This document shows, piece by piece, positions 58,726 through 64,000 of a DNA stretch of 64,000 nt. The translations under genes were made by a program, and so were the position numbers. The stretch lies in contig CAVTRC010000001.1 in the NCBI GenBank assembly GCA_963737065.1, positions 1,664,001 through 1,728,000 of the forward strand, read 5' to 3'. Each line of letters begins with the position of its first letter. The stretch's first letter is position 1. Below the pieces are notes generated by a model that saw only the letters and a list, made by a program, of their open reading frames with translations, made no database searches and was not told the DNA's origin. This DNA comes from Candidatus Eremiobacteria bacterium. GTDB taxonomy: Bacteria; Vulcanimicrobiota; Vulcanimicrobiia; Vulcanimicrobiales; Vulcanimicrobiaceae.

Positions 58726-59701
58726 ATGCCGTTCCCGCTTCGCTTGGCCGCTCTAACCTTCGCCCTTCTCATTCTCAACGGAACGAGTCCGGCCGCGGTG
58801 CCGCATTACGACCACATCTTCATTATCGTCGACGAGAACAAGGACCTGAAGCTCGTCATGGGCAGCCCGTACGCCGCGCACATCAGTTCCGCCGCGCGCA
58901 CGTATGGATACGCGAGCCACTACGATGCGGTCGCGCATCCGAGCGAGCCGAACTACGTCGCGATCGTCGGCGGCGACACGTTCGGGATCCGCGATGATGG
59001 CGCGTTTACCAAAAACGCGGTCGACGCGCCGAATCTCGCGACCCAACTCGATGCGGCACACCTCACGTGGAAGGGTTACTACGAAGACATTCCGGCGCCC
59101 GGATCGCTAGCGAGGTACCATGGGTTGTACGCAAGCAAGCATTCCGGCTTCCTAAATTTTCTCGACGTACAGCGCGACCCGCGCCGTCTGGCGCATCTCG
59201 TCGGGTTCGATCAACTCGACCGCGACGCCGCAAACGATCGGCTGCCGAACTTTGCGCTCATCGTACCAAATCTTTGCAATGACATGCACGGCGCGTTCGG
59301 TGCCAGCGTGCCCGCGCGTTGCTGGCCCGGGCGCACCTCGTCGTTGATTGGGCTCGGCGACGCCGCGTTCGCGGACATCGTCGGGCGCTTGACCGCGACG
59401 CCGACGTGGAAAAGCCGGCAGAACGTCGCGATCGTTCTCACGTTCGATGAAGACGATGGTGCGACGAGCTCACCACAGGCTCAAGGAACGGACGGCGCGC
59501 GGCGGCCGCGTATTGTGCGTCGTCATGACGAATCACGGGCTGCGTCATTTCGTTGACGCAACGCCGTACACCCATTACTCCCTGTTGCGCACCATTGAAG
59601 ACGCATTTGGATTCGCGCCGCTCGCGCATGCGCGCGAAGCCCTGCCGATGACGGAATTGTTTTTCTCGCTCGCCGAACGCAACACTCGGGGGGTCCGGTA
59701 A
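58726..59701 (+). CDS. Phosphoesterase family exported acid phosphatase, with an apparent +1 frameshift
   Basis: HIFIIVDEN, HPSEPNY, PNLCNDMH and TFDE. The C-terminus GGRVLCVV...YTHYSLLRTIEDAFG is in another frame from ~59495; span is 976 nt (975+1). Confidence 0.85.
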
Positions 59702-59727
59702 ACACCGGCGCGGTAAAGAGCGCATGG

Positions 59728-61026
59728 ATGGACGAGATCAACCCTGCGCCGGCGCGCACCACGAGCGAGCGCGACTATCTGCGGTTTCTGGTCCACGCGG
59801 AAGAGATGCTCGGGTCGTCACTCGACGTTCGAGAGACGATCATCAATGTGTGCGCGGCGGCGGTCGAGACGGTTGCCGACCTCTGCTACCTCATCATGAA
59901 GGATACCGACGGGGCGCTCGACATCGTCGCGACCGCATCGCGCGACCCCGCACAACTCCCCGACACGACCGCAGCACGAAAATTTCTCCATCCCGACCCT
60001 GGGTATCCCGCGAGCGTTGTCGACGACGTCATTGAGCGCGGGCACACCGTATTCGTGACCGACGTAAGCGAGACGTATATCGCAGAACATGCGACGAGCG
60101 CGGAACATGCCGCGTTCCTTCGCCGCATGGAGTATGCGTCGATCATCATCGTTCCCATCCCGGGGCGGGGCACGGACGTGATAGGTGCGCTGAAGCTCGT
60201 GCGCACCCGCCGATTCGGGGAGCGTTTCGACGAGGATAGCGTCCTCTTCGGGCGAGGCCTTGCGCGCCGCTGCGGCAGTGCGATTTTGCGCGCGCAGGAA
60301 TTCGAATCATCGCAAGACGTTGCCATGCGGTTTCAACGCGCGGCGTTGCCGCGCGTGCTGCCATCGGTTCCCGGCGTTTTGTTCGATGCATACTATGAAG
60401 CGGCCGAAGCGTCTCTCTTGATCGGCGGCGATTGGTACGACGCGTTCGTCTTGCCGGACGGTAAGCTCGGAATGACGATGGGTGACGTCGCCGGTCACGG
60501 CGTCGACGCCGCGGCGCTGATGGGAAACATTCGCAATGCGTTACGAACCGCGCTTTGCGCGGGGCTTGCGATGGACAAAGCACTCGAAGTCGTGGACTTT
60601 CTCGTGCGTAGCGAAGTTCCCGAAGGCGGCTATGCTACGGCGAACGTTGCGACGCTCGATCCGGAGAGCGGGTTGTTTCGTGCGATTGCGGCGGGCCATC
60701 CCGGCCCATTACTTCATTCACCTGATGACTCGGTGCAGGACCCGTTTCGCGAACGGGGATTGCCGCTCGGTCTGCGTGACCTTACGGAGATCCCGCAAGA
60801 CATCGAAGAGCGGACGTTGAAACGAGGGGCGTTTCTCGTGTTCTTTACCGACGGCGTCATCGAATGGCAGCGCGATGAACTCAAAGGATACGAGCAGTTG
60901 GCGGATGCGATGCGCGATCGCAGCGTACGCACCGCCGACCGGCCCGCGCTCGCAGTACGGCGCGCGGTGATTCAAGGCCCGCACGCCGACGACGTGGCTA
61001 TTATGTGCGTGCGATACGAGCGTTGA
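59728..61026 (+). CDS. GAF-domain PP2C (SpoIIE/RsbU-like) phosphatase
   Basis: FQRAALP, IGGDWYD, GDVAGHG, AGHPGP, FTDGVIE and DDVA motifs. Confidence 0.93.
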   Translation: MDEINPAPARTTSERDYLRFLVHAEEMLGSSLDVRETIINVCAAAVETVADLCYLIMKDTDGALDIVATASRDPAQLPDTTAARKFLHPDPGYPASVVDDVIERGHTVFVTDVSETYIAEHATSAEHAAFLRRMEYASIIIVPIPGRGTDVIGALKLVRTRRFGERFDEDSVLFGRGLARRCGSAILRAQEFESSQDVAMRFQRAALPRVLPSVPGVLFDAYYEAAEASLLIGGDWYDAFVLPDGKLGMTMGDVAGHGVDAAALMGNIRNALRTALCAGLAMDKALEVVDFLVRSEVPEGGYATANVATLDPESGLFRAIAAGHPGPLLHSPDDSVQDPFRERGLPLGLRDLTEIPQDIEERTLKRGAFLVFFTDGVIEWQRDELKGYEQLADAMRDRSVRTADRPALAVRRAVIQGPHADDVAIMCVRYER

Positions 61027-61058
61027 TCGAGCGCACGAAAAGATTCGTTGCATTTCAC

Positions 61059-61823
61059 TCAGCGATGGACGGGTTCGAGCGGCAGCGTGACCGTCATCAA
61101 ATTGGATCCGTCATCGTCGTGCCGGTCGATGTGCGCTTCGCCGCCGATCGAGCGCAACATTTTGTCGAGAACCGTAACGTTCGAATGCGCGAGATGGTCT
61201 TTGATTTCTACGCGCACGCGCGCGCCGGCGGTGCCGCAACGCACGGCGACGGTACCTCCGGGCGGCGTATAACGGACGGCATTCGCGAGCACGTTCTGCA
61301 GAATTCTTCCGACGTGTGCGCCGTCGCCGCGATACGTCGAGCTCGTCACGTTCGCACTGTCGCACGGCTCATACGTGAGCCGCACGTCTTTCGCGGCCGC
61401 TAAGCGGGCTAGTCCGGCGACGTGTGCCGAAATGAACGAACAGAGATCGAACGTTTCGATCCGCACGACTTTTTCTTCGCCCGTTTGCGCCGGCCGGCGC
61501 AGTTCATCGAGCATGGCCGATGCTGAGCCGAGTGCGGCGAGCAGCGCATTCAAGCGCGCCTCGGTCGGCTCCAAAAGACCGTCGATGATCGCTTCCAAAT
61601 TCGCTTGCGCGATGGAGAGCGCGTTGCCGATCTCGTGACGTATATTGGCGAGCTGAAATACGCGCGCGGCTTCGCGCTCTTCGATATCGGCGAGCAGCAA
61701 GAACAGTCGGTCGGCAATTGGATTATCGATCGATTCGGCAAGCGCCTTCGCTTCGCTCCAGTCGCTCGCCAAAGCAAGGTCGATCGCGTGTAAGAGCCGG
61801 TTGTCGCCTACGTGATCGTTCAT
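61059..61823 (-). CDS. Cytoplasmic histidine kinase-like protein lacking G boxes
   Basis: H box RHEIGNALS and N box QNVLANAVRYT present; VEIKD is not followed by GxG, F or G2 boxes. Confidence 0.8.
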   Translation of the reverse strand: MNDHVGDNRLLHAIDLALASDWSEAKALAESIDNPIADRLFLLLADIEEREAARVFQLANIRHEIGNALSIAQANLEAIIDGLLEPTEARLNALLAALGSASAMLDELRRPAQTGEEKVVRIETFDLCSFISAHVAGLARLAAAKDVRLTYEPCDSANVTSSTYRGDGAHVGRILQNVLANAVRYTPPGGTVAVRCGTAGARVRVEIKDHLAHSNVTVLDKMLRSIGGEAHIDRHDDDGSNLMTVTLPLEPVHR

Positions 61824-62509
61824 GATTTTTTGAATTTGTACCCGACGCCGAAGACGGTCTGAACGTAGATCGGATGCTCGGGATCCGGCTCGATTTTTTT
61901 GCGCAAGTTGTTAATATGGCGATCCAATGTGCGCTCGTACACGGAACCGTCGTCACCGAGCACGTCGAGAAGGTGCGCGCGTGTAAACGCGTGACCCGGT
62001 TGCTTTGCTAATACGGTCAAGATTCGAAATTCCGAGGGTGTGAGGCGTGCCGCTTTTCCGTTTACGCGTACTTCGTGCTCGCCGAGATCGATCTCCAAGC
62101 CGTTCACCTTCAAAAGATCGTCGTTTTCTTCCGGAGATCCGCCACGATGGTCGGAGCGCCTCATTACCGCGCGCACGCGCGCGACGACCTCCCGTGGAGA
62201 GAACGGCTTGGTGATATAGTCGTCGGCGCCGAGTTCGAGGCCGACGATACGATCGAGTTCATCGGCGCGCGCGGTAAGCATGAGCGTCGGAATTTCGCGC
62301 CCTGCGACGCAGCGCAGAATATCGAGTCCACTTCCGTCGGGCAGCGTGATATCGAGCACCATGACGTCCGGCGCATCGGTGTTGATCTCGGCCATCGCTT
62401 CGCGTACGTTGCCTTTCACCGTCGTGGCGAAGCCTTCGCGAGCGAGATAGGCGCTCAACACCTCTCCGATCTGCGGCTCGTCATCGACGATCAAGACGCG
62501 CTTTGCCAT
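61820..62509 (-). CDS. OmpR-family response regulator
   Basis: IVDDE, LDITLP, LTAR, GADDYITKPF and TVFGVGYK motifs. Confidence 0.95.
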   Translation of the reverse strand: MAKRVLIVDDEPQIGEVLSAYLAREGFATTVKGNVREAMAEINTDAPDVMVLDITLPDGSGLDILRCVAGREIPTLMLTARADELDRIVGLELGADDYITKPFSPREVVARVRAVMRRSDHRGGSPEENDDLLKVNGLEIDLGEHEVRVNGKAARLTPSEFRILTVLAKQPGHAFTRAHLLDVLGDDGSVYERTLDRHINNLRKKIEPDPEHPIYVQTVFGVGYKFKKS

Positions 62510-62640
62510 CGTCGTATTCTCGCCCGTTGCAGGGCAGAAGTTATGCACGTCTTGGGAAGGCTGGTTCCTAACCTGGGCTTTGCCTCGTTACCGCACCCGA
62601 TTGCCGAAGGGAACAGCCAGCGAAGACGTACGCGTTTGAT

Positions 62641-63006
62641 TTATTTCTGAGCGACGGAAAGAACGGTAATCGCGCGACTGATGCCGGTGAGTTCGAACAG
62701 ACGGTGTAACCGCGGCGGCGCGAAGGCAACGATCGTTGCAAGCGGATCGCGACCGGCAAGCTGAACGCGACGCCGATACGTCATGATCAAGGCGAGAATC
62801 GACGAGTCCATCGATCCGACGTTGCTGCAGTCGATGACGAGGCGTTCCGTCGTTTCCGGATTAGGAAAAAGCCCCGCGATGCGATCGCGGTCAGCGATCC
62901 CAAGGTCTCCGTCAAGCGTGATAACGTGCGACGTGTCGTTCGGTTCCAAACCGGATGTGAGTATTGAAGGCACGTAGCGCGCGTACCTCCAGATAATTGG
63001 ACTCAT
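62641..63006 (-). CDS. STAS domain protein (anti-anti-sigma-like)
   Basis: LDGDL...IDCSNVGSMDSS...RLFELTG pattern. Confidence 0.85.
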   Translation of the reverse strand: MSPIIWRYARYVPSILTSGLEPNDTSHVITLDGDLGIADRDRIAGLFPNPETTERLVIDCSNVGSMDSSILALIMTYRRRVQLAGRDPLATIVAFAPPRLHRLFELTGISRAITVLSVAQK

Positions 63007-63060
63007 CCGTTTAGACGCCGGACAACGCGCGGTTGCGAAGAGAGCTCACCGAGAACAGTT

Positions 63061-63126
63061 GCGCGCGAAGGCGCCGTTACGCGTGAGCGCAATAAAAGCG
63101 CTAACTCGTCCGGCGCGTTCGCGCGC
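63061..63126 (-). other. Long imperfect hairpin downstream of hsp20 (terminator or stabiliser candidate)
   Basis: GCGCGCGAAgGCGCCG...AGCGC-AATAAAA-GCGCT...CGGCGCgTTCGCGCGC. Confidence 0.6.
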
Positions 63127-63141
63127 TAACCGTTCCGCTAA

Positions 63142-63501
63142 CTACTTCACGTTGATGCGTTTGGGTTGGGCTTCCGGCCGGCGATGCAGCTGTAAGCGCA
63201 GCATGCCGTCGGTGACTTCGGCCGCGATGTTCTCCGGATCGACGTCTTCGGGAATCGTAAACGACTTCGTGAAGGTGCGCCGTTCGTTTTTGCCGTTGAT
63301 GGCAAGCGTACCGTCTTGTAAATAGACCTCGATCTGCGAGCCGTTGAAGCCGGGGACCGGAACTTCGATCTCGTAACCGCTTTCCGTTCGCGTGACGTCG
63401 TAATCGAATTGCCACGCGTTGCGCATCTGCGCGAAGGGATCGAACCCGAGCAGATCGCGAGTCAAGGTGGTACCGCTGTTGCGTGCTAGAGCGCTCGACA
63501 T
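63142..63501 (-). CDS. Small heat shock protein (Hsp20/alpha-crystallin)
   Basis: VPVPGF...IEV...LAING...FTKSFTIPEDVDPENIAA...DGMLRL...PKRINV; AAGGAGG SD. Confidence 0.93.
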   Translation of the reverse strand: MSSALARNSGTTLTRDLLGFDPFAQMRNAWQFDYDVTRTESGYEIEVPVPGFNGSQIEVYLQDGTLAINGKNERRTFTKSFTIPEDVDPENIAAEVTDGMLRLQLHRRPEAQPKRINVK

Positions 63502-63549
63502 GACGTTCAAACCTCCTTTACCGGCGTGCAAAGTCACTCTGCGACTACG

Positions 63550-63588
63550 ATTGTAAAAAAATTGGCACTCTTGTCAAGACACTGCTAA
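63550..63588 (-). promoter_or_regulatory. CIRCE (HrcA operator) overlapping a sigma70 promoter of hsp20
   Basis: TTGGCACTC-N9-CACTGCTAA (63562-63588) versus consensus TTAGCACTC-N9-GAGTGCTAA. Minus strand TTGACA (63577-63572), 16-nt spacer, TACAAT (63555-63550). Confidence 0.85.
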
Positions 63589-64000
63589 CGCATGTTCCCC
63601 GAGGCGTCGTGGCGGCTCCACACGTCTCGCGTCACATGCGCGAGGCGCGACACGAGCACCGCGCGCGGTGAGCTGCGCCGATAGATCAGGCGGATGCCGC
63701 GGTGCACGCCCTTGCCGGCCAGCGGACGAACCGCGATCGAACGGCCGCGCAGGCGCGCGCTGTTCAAGCAGAGCTCCGGGACGAGCGTTACGCCGAGGCC
63801 CGCTTCGACGAGATTCAAAATCGTTTCAAGGCTCGCCGCTCGAAAATCGCCCGGAACGTTTACTCCAAGCGCGCGATCGTTGCACAGCGCAAGGGCGTGA
63901 TCGCGCAGGCAATGGCCTTCGGAGAGCAGCAGCAGCGTCGCGGCCTCGAGTTGTCCCGCGTCGATCGACTCGCTCGCCGCGAGCGGATGGTCGTGGCATA
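63585..64000 (-). CDS. oxyR: OxyR-like LysR regulator, C-terminal part (5' end beyond the window)
   Basis: Manual translation LLLLSEGHCLRDHALALC...FRAASLETILNLVEAGLGVTLVPEL; two Cys 9 residues apart, as in OxyR C199/C208. Confidence 0.8.
   Translation of the reverse strand, partial: CHDHPLAASESIDAGQLEAATLLLLSEGHCLRDHALALCNDRALGVNVPGDFRAASLETILNLVEAGLGVTLVPELCLNSARLRGRSIAVRPLAGKGVHRGIRLIYRRSSPRAVLVSRLAHVTRDVWSRHDASGNMR

Overview
GC-rich bacterial chromosomal window of mostly housekeeping, metabolic and stress genes. I found no tRNA, rRNA, CRISPR array, transposase, integrase or phage genes. In order it holds: (1) a hopanoid cluster (hpnK, truncated ferritin-like gene, polyprenyl synthase, type-2 IDI, hpnCDE, shc, hpnH, hpnA, hpnG); (2) arylamine N-acetyltransferase and pntA1-A2-B transhydrogenase; (3) a short alpha-2-macroglobulin-like gene, then polA...mutM-rpsA...coaE interrupted by two blocks of exported-protein genes; (4) glgB-glgX-malQ plus an NDP-sugar transferase/mutase-like fusion, convergent with a GH133-GH63-GT4 operon; (5) an ECF42 sigma factor with two YciI/DGPF genes and its own promoter; (6) KGG stress proteins behind a SigB-like promoter; (7) envelope genes (lptC-like, lnt, lptD, lptF/G, lytic transglycosylase); (8) a stress-signalling end (GAF-PP2C, degenerate histidine kinase, response regulator, STAS, CIRCE-controlled hsp20, OxyR). 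A diderm envelope combined with Terrabacteria traits (four-domain S1, CIRCE, SigB-type promoter) and hopanoids suggests Ca. Eremiobacterota/Vulcanimicrobiota; this is inference only. The most unusual items are a 64-bp inverted repeat enclosing nested hairpins, overlapping a metallothionein-like gene and tied to a degenerate ~243-bp tandem duplication (53.4-54.0 kb); a probable ATC start for rpsA; a thioester-less mini-alpha2M; and three apparent pseudoenzymes. Three +1 frameshifts and two apparent internal deletions suggest residual assembly error, which tempers several findings.
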